A stretch of DNA of 63,364 nt, filler included, from Octopus bimaculoides (lineage: Eukaryota): assembly GCF_001194135.2 (NCBI RefSeq). It is 7 parts of 7 records of this genome, joined end to end, with 100 filler letters (N's around TTAATTAATTAA, not from the genome) between each part and the next. Parts side by side here need not be neighbours in the genome. Positions count along the whole stretch, not along the records: positions 12,492 to 37,541 come from NC_068984.1; 6 more parts are not named here. One strand, written 5' to 3'. Positions 12,492-24,732 of this stretch are shown here, piece after piece (position 1 is the first letter of the stretch; every line of letters starts with the position of its first letter). The position numbers were made by a program, and so were the translations under genes. The notes below the pieces were generated by a model that saw nothing but the letters and a program-made list of their open reading frames with translations, searched no databases and was not told where the DNA came from.

Positions 12492-13100
12492 GAGTGCCTT
12501 ACAAATGGCCTTCCACAAAAAGCGAAAGAGGAGTCTCCCCAACTTGCTTAGCCACGAATCAGGACAAGGCACGACGGTCAGACTGTAGGTGATAACAGAT
12601 GCCACATTTGTAGCAGCACGGCTTTCTTCCCTCGACATATACCTTAAGTATGGTGTCTTTCCCGATCACCATACGGTCGGAGATTTTTTCGTGGACAGCT
12701 GGTGTTGCTTGTATTAAGATGTCTACGCTCTGTCCTAACCAATTTTTTTTTGGGGGGGGGGGACAGAGCGCATTATCTGTAGGATGTTAAGTTTATCCTT
12801 TCTGCCGTAGCAGAGTGCCGCAATGATCCACCTCACGTCAACTTCTGGCGGTACTCCTTCAATTCTGATCCGGGACGTTCTACGTCCCAGATATGAGGGG
12901 AATAGAACCACTTCTTTCGTTTTGAGTGTTGTGATGGAATGTTCCTTAGCTTTTTCAGCTTTGATAAACCTTACCTCGATGGAGGCAAACTTTTTGCCTC
13001 GGGCCAATATGTAATATCGTTCCATATCAGCCCGAGACACTTTTCAATTTTATCCATTACAAGATTCACGATTTTTTTTTCTGAAACATCGAAGCATTCA
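12492..13100 (-). mobile_element. Internally deleted Tx1/L1-like element (ORF1 joined to late ORF2)
   Basis: ORF1 FASIEVRF..TLKT..RIRIEGVPP..VYVEGRKPCCYKC runs directly into VASVITYSLTVVPCPDSWLSKLGRLLFRFLWK, which resembles the post-RT part of Tx1 ORF2. Confidence 0.65.
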
Positions 13101-13499
13101 TACACAATGGTTCTATTGTTTCTCTGCATCGTTATTTCACTTGGGGTGGGGGAGATGCAAGTTCAAACCCTTCCCTCGTAGGGGAGTCAGATAGCTTTTT
13201 AACAACACCTGCAAGCAGACAAAAATTTTCAAACAGCAAATTAACAATACCTTACGGTATAACAACAGCAAATAACAGCTAAATCCAATTTTGAATACAA
13301 AAACATGAAGCAGCATAAACTCACTGACTACAACGAACGGAACTAGCACGACGTTCCCCCATGAAACGAGAGGGAAGATGTTGAACAATAGCACCGCAAG
13401 ATGACAAAACACACGTGTTCCACACAACGACAACAGTTCAACAGCAATCAAAAAGACGACTACCAAAACTGAAAATTATTTTCAGCACAAATTTAGCAA

Positions 13500-14500
13500 T
13501 TTGACTTTGTCAGATAAAAGCATCAAGGATAGAATTATTGGAAAACACCTGAGCTAGCAACTCTTCCCTATCTTTAAAAGAAGTTCCTCATAACTATTGA
13601 AGAGAAGAAGAATGCTAGATTTACCATTTTCCTATAAATCACTATAGATTAAAAAAAAGTTTTGGGAGTCCAGTTTCTGAAAAGTAATACTCAATTTTGT
13701 CCATGCCATATGCTGAGATTTTGCATTTGCAAAAACCTGCTTACAATCTTTTTGAGCAAAGAAAAGAGATATGTATTTTCTAAAGATATCTATGATATTA
13801 CTTCTGAATACAAACTTTAACAGAAAGAGAAAAGAAATCATTTCTCAGAGTATCATGAAAAAATCTTGAAAAGAAACCCTCTTGTTGACAGTGATAAGAG
13901 TTACAATGTGATTTACTCTCACTACTAGAAGAGGAACTGAAATGACAACATGATCAGAGTTACCAAGTAGAACATGAGAAATAACAGTAGAAATACTAAG
14001 ATCAGACATGAAGTAAAGATCAAAGAGAGCATGAACATGGTTACTGTGGATAATGAGTAGGGAATTTGACTGTCTGAGAAAGATATTAAGTTAGAGAGAA
14101 ATTTAAAATATGTGTTCCAGCAGATCCTGTGGGTTGAGAATTGAGCCAGTGAACATGAATACTGAAATCCCCACAGACTAGAATATTAGTTGAAGGATAA
14201 CAAGGAGTTGTGCCAATTTCGTTGGATATAACATCAATAAGAGTACAGGTTTGAGAAAATTGTGAAAAATAATGGAGTGAAAGTTGAATGGTATAATGTT
14301 GAAGGATCAATAAGAAACAAATTAAGGAATATTCGGAAGACTCAAAACTAGATTTACAAAAGATAATTACAAATGTATATGATAGACAGAGGCTGTCTTT
14401 TTGATGAAGAAATATAGCCATTAACAATGAAATCCAAGCTAGAAATATCAGGACTCAAGTTTAGTTTCACTCAGCATAAAGTTTTGGTGTAGTAAGGATT
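13500..14500 (-). mobile_element. Decayed CR1/L2/Jockey-type LINE ORF2 (APE domain and linker)
   Basis: YPSTNILVCGDFS (GDFN-like) in ORF 14086-14427, and DREELLAQVFSNNSILD near 13520-13570. Confidence 0.6.
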
Positions 14501-15249
14501 GAACTGAAGAAAAATTACAACAAAGACTGAGAAATAGTGAAAAGTTAGAAATTTTGGAGATGATGAATTTGGTGTTTGCTTTCTAACCATTTGAGGAACC
14601 ATTTCATAAGTAGTAAAATCAAAAGAAAAGATGCTAATCTCTCACACCACTGATAAAGATAATTGAAAGCAGTTGCAAGCTATCATGCACAAACACTTAA
14701 TGTCATAAAAGGCTGTTATAGAATGTCAATGCAATATACATGAAGGTATTCCTTTAATATGCAACATGAAACATTTAACAAATATACTTGAAGTAACAGC
14801 TTCCATGTGCAACTTAGCATTGCAAATATCCTAGTTTTATATGGTGTTGATGGGGGAATCTCTCTAGGTGCTACACTAGAGTTCAAACTCCTAACTACCA
14901 GCTAGCTTCATAACTAAAAACTGAGATAAGGTCTGAGCATTCAACAGTAGACAACATGGAAGTGCTGTTGACAAACACTTCAATCTCTGAAGAAAGGTTC
15001 TCTACTAGAAGTTAAAAGAGACCTGTTTTCATCAAGTTAGACATAAAATGCCTATTGAAAAGACACGGAAGAGATACAAAAATAGACAACAGGGATACCT
15101 GTTTAGCCCTAAATCAGTTTAGGATCACTGAAAACCAATATTTTTATTGTGACATACTCACAAAAATGTTAAAGAAGCACCTTCACTCTATGAGGTAAAA
15201 TCCTCCAGATAACAAGTCAGGATTTGGAAGTAGATGAAGAACTCGTAAC

Positions 15250-15800
15250 TCTGTTTCAGGTCTGATTGCAGGTATTTTTAGCAGGTCCCAGGGGGTCTTC
15301 ATGTCCTGAATTAATAGTTCCTAAAGCAATACTTTTTTCTTATTTCTGGACAAATTACTAGTCTCTGACTGTTTAGTTCTTGTGTTTGTATTCAATTCTA
15401 TGGGAAATTACCAAAATAATCAGCTGTATGGAAGACCATCTTGCATTTGATATACAAATAGCTTCATGCACATATGTTTCTGTCTATGTTTTAAAGTTGT
15501 ATGACCAATTTTGATTCATTTCAGAAGTGAATAATTGAGCTCCTCAACATCATCATTCACTGCTGGATATATTCTGAATACTCTCTGAATTGAACCAATC
15601 TCATTGATGAGCATTGTTGGTAACATAAAATACATAACTCAATATCTACAAAGAGGCTCTAATGACTATGCAAATTACATGACTATGTTCTCTATTCTGA
15701 TATTGTGATAGTGAATGTAATATGTCTCATCACAAGAAAACACTGGGATCAATATGTAGTAACTATACAAAGCTTGTAGCCACATCCTATAAATAGATGG
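15250..15800 (-). mobile_element. Highly decayed RLE-type (R4/R2-like) LINE 3' end
   Basis: Minus-strand remnant of the KxxxLGT C-terminal motif near 15300-15345; many stops. Confidence 0.4.
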
Positions 15801-16019
15801 TTCTGTAGGTAACAGCTTTTACATAGATATATACCAATGAACCTTATCAATGAGCTTTTCAGCTGATGTTTTAGTCTTAGGTAATCAGTTTAACTTAGTT
15901 CTTTGTAAATATGTATATATTCAGCTTAATTTCTATAAAATCAGCTCCACTTTCTTAGTTTCACGATATTCTTGAATTTCTATAAAGATTGTGTAATTTT
16001 TTCTGGGTTGTAAGTACTG

Positions 16020-16220
16020 CTGTGGAGGTATGTGGCTTAGTGGTTAGGGTGTTGCACCCAGATTGTGGTTTCAATTCTTGGACTGTGTTATGTGTTGTGC
16101 TCTTGAGCAAAATGCATCATTTCATGTTATTTCAGTCCATTCAGCTGGCAAAAATGAACATTCCTGTGACGACCTACCATCCTATCTAGGGGTGAATCTA
16201 GGAAACTGCTCCTATAACTC
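16020..16220 (+). mobile_element. Degenerate tRNA-derived SINE
   Basis: gtggcttagtggttagggt..ggtttcaattc..cttgagcaa; same family as 21751-21900 and 53570-53780. Confidence 0.7.
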
Positions 16221-16656
16221 TATATGACCAGGGGAGGAGCTGTAGGTACTGTCCAGGTAGTTTCTTGATACAAACTTCAAATATTTTACTGTGATGCATT
16301 AGAAATTTTCCATGAATTATAGGAAAATATAAACACTTATTTTCTTTTGTAGTAAATTTGCAATCCATAAAATCCATAACCCACCTTATTGTGGATTATG
16401 TTTTATAAATTATAAGTTTGATTTCTGCTTTGATTGTTAGGTCTTCTTTCAGTTTGTTACCATCCCAATACTTTAACATCTCTGCCTGCACTATACCACA
16501 AATTATCTACCAACCGACCAACCGACTGACTGACCAACCATGCTTGTCAAATATCAACAATAACACTTCTTAAGATAAATGAATTTTCAGAAACATCTAA
16601 CCATATATGGAAAAGAAACAAAAGAAATTAAATGTAAAAAATATAAAATAACTCAC

Positions 16657-16741
16657 CTTGAACTTTCAATATCATGATTAAAATACATGAAATTATTCCT
16701 AATATGGAAATAATGATAAACCACTTCTGAATTGGTCTCAT
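16657..16741 (-). CDS. First coding exon of an unknown gene encoding a signal peptide/signal anchor (MRPIQKWFIIISILGIISCILIMILKVQ)
   Basis: Strong acceptor TTTCTTTTAG|GTAAAATG (exon starts at 16746), strong donor CAA G|GTGAGT. Basic N-terminus followed by ~19 hydrophobic residues. Confidence 0.55.
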
Positions 16742-18026
16742 TTTACCTAAAAGAAATATCAAGGAAACTTGGAAAATTATTCTGATATTATTTAAGCTTG
16801 TTTATTATTTAATTATTATTTAGCTAAAAATTGTTGCCAACTATTTTCGAAATCACATCCAATCATCTTTCAATTAAAAAAGGCATTAAAAATGTAATTC
16901 TAAATACTTCCCTAACTAAAAAGATGGGGTTGCTATGACTAGAACACTTTTGGTCATAGGTTTGCAGGATTGGAGTTGACCAGAGGTTAAACAACAACAA
17001 CAACTGAGGTTGACTTTGCCTTTCATCTATCTAGGGTTGATAACATGAGTAGTAGTTGAGCACTGAAGTCGATGTAATAGACTTACCCCACCCCAAAATA
17101 TGCTTGCCTTACGCTAACATTTGAAATCAGTATTTATACCAATGAACAAGTATTTGTATTTCATTTAAATATTGAAGTAAACGTAATATTTGTTTAATTT
17201 AGAGTGTGTCGACTAAAGTAACAACTCTTGGTTCAGAAAAATCAGTTATCCAGAAAGGTTTTGGAACCAAAGGTTCTGAAAAATCAATGTTGCACCTGTA
17301 TGAGAAAAACAGCTCCCAAATTTTATTTTGGTTTGTGGGAGCAACTGCCTTTTGAAGCTTCATATTGTTGTTAAATGTGCGATAACTATTAATATATATA
17401 TATAATGGCAGAAAGAGTTAAAAAATCCAAGGCTGTAAATAGTTTTCCGAACATTTATAAAGAAAAGGTCTTACAGCTGTTTCCAGGATATTTTATATAT
17501 CCCTTCTTCAGAGACGGTGCGGGAAAATGTTTCAGTATTAATTATTGTAGAGAAGATATGAAATACAGAGGGAAGTAAGAGAGTGAAAATAGAAGTGAGA
17601 TACATAAGGATGTTGTATTTGCAGTTCCATTATTCAAGTAGAATGGTATATATAAGTCGTGAAGAAGTTTCCTGTACCTTGTGTGTGAATTCCAGTGGTA
17701 GTTATATTTGGTAATTCTAAGCATAGAGCCTTGTAAACAGTGTTGTTCGATCGAGGGGTTTTTTTTTGTGTGAATTAAAATTTGGAAATGTATTTGTAAT
17801 ATTAATGGATAGATGGAGGGAGGACAGATGTGTATCATTAGAAAAAGGAGATAGTCAAATCAAAAACAGGAAGAGAAATGGAGGAAGAAGAAAAAAAGGA
17901 AAAGGGAGGGAGACAAAAAAGAAATGAATAAAGAGGGAACGAAATGAAATGAGGGCGTGTTAGCTAATGATCAGGATAAAATGATAGGAGGAAGGGAAAG
18001 ATGAGGGAGAGAGAAAGAGATGAAAA

Positions 18027-19059
18027 AGTAAGGAGTAAAAGAGTGTGAGGTATGTGAGCAGGGGTCATGTGATAGAGCTGCATTAAGGGATGGGCATAGA
18101 AAAGGTAGAGAGAAGGTAAGGGTAAGGGTGATGTTTAAGTGGGTATTAGTTTTGGTAGTAAAAATTGAGGTGGAATGAAGAATATAAGTCAATTTCTATA
18201 AAAAGACATGTGTGATAGGAAAAGAATGTATATCTGTGAATATGTATATACACATACGTACCCACATATATATATAGACATATACATACTTCAACACATA
18301 TATACGCATACAAACTCATGTATGTTCACACGTATTCACACATTTACACACTCATTCGTATCTATTTTTGTATATATACATTTTTGCATATATAAATGTA
18401 TGCATGCTGTTATAAACCCAAACTAGAATATCTAAGTTTAAAAGGTTTTAATCAACTAAAAAATACAGTAATCTACAATACAAAAGAAACATTGTTAAAT
18501 TGTAAGCAAACTAAACTTCAACGCAATAACAGTTTTATGCAGTGAGTTGCTATTCTCGACTAACTAAAAAAACTAACACTAAACACGTTGTGCCGTAAAT
18601 AGAACAGAACTCTGCGCAGTTGCACTTGCAGGCAAATAGCAGCAATCGAGAAATCAAAGTCACGTGATCACTACACATACAAACACACACACGCGCATAA
18701 TCGTATGTATGTGTATATATATATACACACGCACACACACACAGAGGTACGTATGTGTACATATATATATATATATATTTACATATACCCACATGCAAAT
18801 CCGTACTTATATGAAATATCTATACATATACACGTATCTACTCATGTGTACCCGTTTGCATGCTCATATATGTATACACATACATATATATATATATGCA
18901 TATATATATATATATATTATTTTTACTACCAAAACTAATACCCACTTAAACATCACCCTATCCTTACCTTCTCTCTAACTTTTCTATGCCCATCCCTTAA
19001 TCCCTTAATCCTATCACACCGCCCCTGCTCACATACCTCACACTCTTTTACTCCTTACT
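18027..19059. repeat. Inverted repeat with ~140-bp arms (18027-18165 and 18919-19059)
   Basis: The reverse complement of 18919-19059 aligns to 18027-18165 with scattered mismatches and small indels. Confidence 0.85.
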
Positions 19060-19632
19060 CTCTTGTCTTCATGCAGGCCTCTATGCCTTTATAATCCCAA
19101 ACTAGAATAATCATCTCTATAAGTCTAATTAACTGAGAAACACATTAAACACTTACACACAAATAGTCACCCCGCAAACCCATTCGCCCCTCACATTCCA
19201 TTATAATACACTTTGCAAATACATAGGACCCCCTCCTAGCACTAAGAACTTCCTAAACTCTAGCAATAATTTTAGCCATAACACATTTTTAAATCTCCCA
19301 AAATTTGGTATGAGTTAGCTCCCTTTTCACCTAGTTAGAGTTACCCCCCTTCACCTACACTGCCGGTGACAACTAATCGTAAAATATAAAACATTGAATA
19401 CACAAGTGCGAAAAAAATGTGCTTAATTAAACTAGGAAACCCGCACCTAAATAATACTCACCCCGCCCTAATTACTCAACGAAACTAACCGATCTACCAC
19501 AAGCAAACCTCTACCCAGCGAATTTACCAGCGCTAGAACAAAATTTAATGTAAGAATTACCACTTTATTTACATTACCATCACATATGTATCAATTATTT
19601 TCGCATCCTAACCGATGCATCTATCTATAATC

Positions 19633-19683
19633 GCATTCTGAAGAGATTTACTAAAACCAGTAAATTGAAACGATCGTAAATGC
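19633..19683 (+). ncRNA. Apparently intact minimal type I hammerhead ribozyme
   Basis: GCATT CTGAAGA GATTTACT-AAAACC-AGTAAATT GAAA C-GATC-G T A AATGC: 5-bp stem I, 8-bp stem II, palindromic ACGAUCGU stem III, GUA triplet. Confidence 0.8.
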
Positions 19684-19872
19684 TACCTTCATCTATATAT
19701 ATATATATATGCATAATTAAGTGATCGGCAACAGTTGCTTCACCACATACCGAAATTTAGAAATAGCAGTTAAAGTGCTAATTCTAAAATAATTCTCCAA
19801 CAGATAGCAATACTTGTAACTCACAAAGGCAAAACAAGAAGAAAAATAACGAAACTAACCAGTCTTAGTTAG

Positions 19873-19931
19873 TCATAGACGCGTTTCTGGATCAGAATAG
19901 TAAAAAACCTTCATTTCCGTCATCAGTATGA
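19873..19931 (-). ncRNA. Minimal type I hammerhead ribozyme (stem II weakened)
   Basis: TCATA CTGATGA CGGA...TCCA GAAA C-GC-G T C TATGA: perfect 5-bp stem I, ACGCGU palindrome, GUC triplet. The closing pair of stem II is C-A. Confidence 0.65.
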
Positions 19932-21449
19932 TGACGGAAATGAAGGTGATGACGGAAATGAAGNNNNNNNNNNNNNNNNNNNNNNNNNNNNNNNNNNNNN
20001 NNNNNNNNNNNNNNNNNNNNNNNNNNNNNNNNNNNNNNNNNNNNNNNNNNNNNNNNNNNNNNNNNNNNNNNNNNNNNNNNNNNNNNNNNNNNNNNNNNNN
20101 NNNNNNNNNNNNNNNNNNNNNNNNNNNNNNNNNNNNNNNNNNNNNNNNNNNNNNNNNNNNNNNNNNNNNNNNNNNNNNNNNNNNNNNNNNNNNNNNNNNN
20201 NNNNNNNNNNNNNNNNNNNNNNNNNNNNNNNNNNNNNNNNNNNNNNNNNNNNNNNNNNNNNNNNNNNNNNNNNNNNNNNNNNNNNNNNNNNNNNNNNNNN
20301 NNNNNNNNNNNNNNNNNNNNNNNNNNNNNNNNNNNNNNNNNNNNNNNNNNNNNNNNNNNNNNNNNNNNNNNNNNNNNNNNNNNNNNNNNNNNNNNNNNNN
20401 NNNNNNNNNNNNNNNNNNNNNNNNNNNNNNNNNNNNNNNNNNNNNNNNNNNNNNNNNNNNNNNNNNNNNNNNNNNNNNNNNNNNNNNNNNNNNNNNNNNN
20501 NNNNNNNNNNNNNNNNNNNNNNNNNNNNNNNNNNNNNNNNNNNNNNNNNNNNNNNNNNNNNNNNNNNNNNNNNNNNNNNNNNNNNNNNNNNNNNNNNNNN
20601 NNNNNNNNNNNNNNNNNNNNNNNNNNNNNNNNNNNNNNNNNNNNNNNNNNNNNNNNNNNNNNNNNNNNNNNNNNNNNNNNNNNNNNNNNNNNNNNNNNNN
20701 NNNNNNNNNNNNNNNNNNNNNNNNNNNNNNNNNNNTTACCGTATTGTTTTGAGAGGGTTTCTAGGGATGGTAGAAGGAAGAAAAGAAGAAAGGAAGAAGA
20801 GAGAAGAAAAAATAGAGAATAATAAATAGAAAATATGAAGAAAACAAAAAATGTCTTCCTGTTTTTTCTTTTGCTTTTAGTTCTTTCATTTTATATTCTT
20901 TGTCCTTTCTTTTTATATACTTTGGGTCCTATTTAGAATATATTCCTGTCATACATTCATGTATTTATTTATTTTTTGTAAGGTGTAGTTCTGCATGAGA
21001 GTGTATTAGTATAATCTTTGTAAATTTGAAAAAATCGAATTAGTAAAATCAATTAGTAAAAATAACTATAGATATCATATCACACATATATACATATATA
21101 TACATACAAAACGTATTCCTTGTTTTTCTTTTTTCTCTTTCAAACATTTAACTTTGGGGAAAATTTTTTTATGAAGAGTAGTTCCATATATATACACACA
21201 TATATATATACACATACTCATACATACTCACATGTATCCGTTTGTATGTTCATATATGTATATATATATGTGTGTATACATACGCACATACAACATACAC
21301 ACACACACACACACATATTATTAAATGATTATGATCCTAAAGTAATAATGGGGGAGTTAGATAAGGATTAGAACTTAAAATGGAGATTCATAAGGTTGTT
21401 GGGGATTACTTACGGGGTATTGTGGAAATATTCTGTGTGGTTATCTAGG

Positions 21450-21730
21450 CATTTAGATTTGTGGTATGAATGTATGAAAAAAGCGGTGGTTGCATGTGCT
21501 TTGGGCCTCATTATGTTTATTTAGTAGTGTTGAAGAGTTGTGCTTTAATATGTGATGTGCCTCCTGCAGGCAAAGTTTCAAGGTTGATCGTTAACCTTGG
21601 TATGGAAACCTTGGATCTAATATGGACCATGACAAATAGGGTATATTTGTATTTTTGAGATGATGTATGTGACTGGCTAGTGTTGTAGATTTACTATGTT
21701 TATCGTATCTCAAAGAATGGAGGTGATCGG
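21450..21730 (-). mobile_element. Penelope-like element, C-terminal half of the GIY-YIG endonuclease
   Basis: HSLRYDKHSKSTTLASHIHHLKNTNIPYLSWSIL..PY..LCLQEAHHIL..LLNKHNEAQSTCNHRFFH. Confidence 0.75.
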
Positions 21731-21750
21731 CATCACACACACACACACAT

Positions 21751-21900
21751 GGGAAGGCGCGTGGCTTAGCGGTTAGGGTATTCAGTTTACGAGCGTAAGG
21801 TCGCGAGTTCGATTCATGGAGGCGCGTTGTGTCCTTGAGCAAGACACTTTCAATCACGTTGTTCCAGTCCATTCAGCTGGTAAAAATTATTTGTACTGTA
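21751..21900 (+). mobile_element. tRNA-derived SINE
   Basis: A box gtggcttagcggttagg, B box gagttcgattc, followed by tgtgtccttgagcaagacac. Confidence 0.85.
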
Positions 21901-24329
21901 ATTCAATAGGTGTTTTTTGGGGGTGCTAATTGAGTGTATGTTTATTCAGCATTTTTTGCACCATATAAATTTTTTTATTTTATGTATATTGTTTAATTAT
22001 CCATTATTGGTCTCTTCTCGATTATAGGAAAATTACTTGATTTATCTCTTTCTTAAATGGCTCTACCCTCCTGATCTTAGTATTTTATAAGGGCCTTTAT
22101 ATAAATAACCCTTCTAAACAAGTACCACTAAGAAACTATAAATATCATGTAAGGAGTAACAATAATAACTTCTTAAACCTATAATATAACCCTTAGTTTA
22201 TATAAAGGAAAATTAGTGTAAAATATGAATGTTCCATAACTTAAATATTCCTTTAACTGATACCAGACATCAGTCTTTTATTGATATTAGCTAAATAAGT
22301 TAATATATAATTTTTAGTCCAATATATTTTGAATTATTATACTTTTTCTATAAATCTTCTCTATTGGTGTTAATAAGCTACATATACTTTACCATAGTAT
22401 TAGTAATTNNNNNNNNNNNNNNNNNNNNNNNNNNNNNNNNNNNNNNNNNNNNNNNNNNNNNNNNNNNNNNNNNNNNNNNNNNNNNNNNNNNNNNNNNNNN
22501 NNNNNNNNNNNNNNNNNNNNNNNNNNNNNNNNNNNNNNNNNNNNNNNNNNNNNNNNNGCCCTACTTGATTATTTTATTTCATTTCTTTATTAATTTATAA
22601 TTAGCCTTTATTTATTCATAAAATTAAGCTAATCTTTGTATCTCTATAAATTCGTACTTAGCTTATATAAAACTATACTGGTATATTCACTACTTATAAA
22701 AAAACTGCTTAGATTATAATTTTATTAATATGTAATTAGAATGTTCTTTTACCTCAATACTCTTTTATTAATACCAGTATATACCAATTAATCAATATTC
22801 ACAGATACCATCTGATGAGTTAGTATTTGAGTGTACAATATATATAAATATTAAACTATTTCTGGATAATTTCTTTTCCTCCCTCTATTGTGGTAAAAGC
22901 TTGGTATATACTCAGAAGTATTCATAAATTTCTATCCTTTTGTTAATATATTTTTCATAATAACCCTCAGAATAGCCATAAACTTTAACTGTATACAATA
23001 TAACAACATTGTTTAAAACATTTAACTATAGTACTACATGATAAAACTTCCTCTGTTTCATTATCAATGGTCCGCTCGTGGGCGACTCCCTTAGTTATCA
23101 GCTCACATCTTGTTTTAAGTTTTCCTTTACCAAACTTCATGAAATTGCTTCTAATAAATCTTGATTTTTATGATTATACCAACTATGATTTCTGTCTGCT
23201 CTCTCAGCGCTACCCTTAACAGATACTGCTCTTTATTCTCTCAGCCATAGATATACAAGGATTTGATAAACTTGTCTTAAATTAAAACTGACCCCATAAA
23301 AACAAATAAAATCAGTGACAGGCAGAGTCTTCTTGATAATTTAGTAACTTATATGCTGTAGTAGAGGCAACATGTTCTTTGTCTATCTCCTTCTTGGAGA
23401 TTTTAGGTATAATTATACTAATGTGTCCATCTGTTCTAATTTAATTAAATTCTATGTCTTTGTGCAGCTGAGGATTGCTCTGCATTTTAAATTGATGTAA
23501 TGATTGCATTGTTCAATTTAATGGAATTGCATGAAACGATCATACTGCATTACCTCTGCACATCCTTGCTGCCTATTTTGATTTTAATCACCTTACTTTG
23601 AAATTGTATGGATAATACCGTACTAAATTCTGTGTGCCTCAACTTAAGTACCATATTCATCTGAATCTATATATATATATAATGACAATAATCTTAGGAT
23701 GGTAGGATTGCATTTATTAACATTTAATGCATTGCTCCGTGTGTTTCCATAAATCCCATGACAATCAAGATCAAAGTCCGTATTCCTGGGATGAGTTCAG
23801 TGTAATCCGTAGTATCCGTGGACATCCGGTTGATCATCATCATTGATTCATTTCTTCAAGCGATATAACATTAGTGGATTAACCACAGAGGTATGGACGT
23901 TAAACAAGTTATGTGGGCATTGCTGTGTGCATTTAGTGGGGAGGAATAGAGGAATGAATGGTAGTTATGTATATATGTAATTCTCCCATATATATGTATA
24001 TACATATATACATTCACATATATCTATCACTATACATCTGCATGTGTGTGCGTGTAATTTCAGTAGCACTGTTACAGCTGGACTACTAACAATAACGAAT
24101 ATATTGATGGGCCTGTGAACCGAGCAAGTGAATGAGCACAGTGTAACAAATAATGTGTACAGGATTTCATGTTGTATTATGTGACAGTAATATACCAGCA
24201 ATAGAGTAAATACATCTACATGTACAGTACTGCAATATGTGGACAATCAGATAGGCGAGTAACGTCTCTGTTGTAAATATTATTTATCCGCCAAATGTAT
24301 GGATGTATGCGCGCGCGTGTGTGTTTTAC

Positions 24330-24690
24330 TTGTTTCAGCCATTAAACTACAGCCATGCTGGAGCACCGCCTTGAAGGGTTTAATAGAGCAAATCAACTAC
24401 AGTATTTATTGTTTGCTTTATTTCAGACGCATAAAAACAGACACATACGTAAATAACAGACAGACACATACACACACACGCACGCACACTCGCGCGCGCG
24501 CGCACTCGCGCGCGCGCACACACACACGACGGGCTTCTTTCACTTTCCGTCTACTAAGTCCATTCACAAGGCTTTATCGGCCCGAAGCTACAAAACTATG
24601 GTAGAAAACACTTGGCCAAGCTGTCACGCATTGAGACTGAACCCGGAACCTTATGTGGTTGAGAAACTAACTTCTTATACATATCGGTGA
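24330..24690 (-). mobile_element. SINE with an internal (CA/CG)n tract
   Basis: tgtttcagccatt..ccatgctggagcaccgccttgaaggg..cacttggccaag..gaacccggaacc; a related copy lies at 37050-37350. Confidence 0.65.
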
Positions 24691-24695
24691 AACTT

Positions 24696-24732
<37 letters not shown>

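Noticed and set aside
19456-19468. GC box plus GTGAGT donor as promoter/first exon of the signal-peptide gene
   Set aside because: It lies in a C-rich stretch ending in a hammerhead (probable PLE terminal repeat), and there is no independent support.
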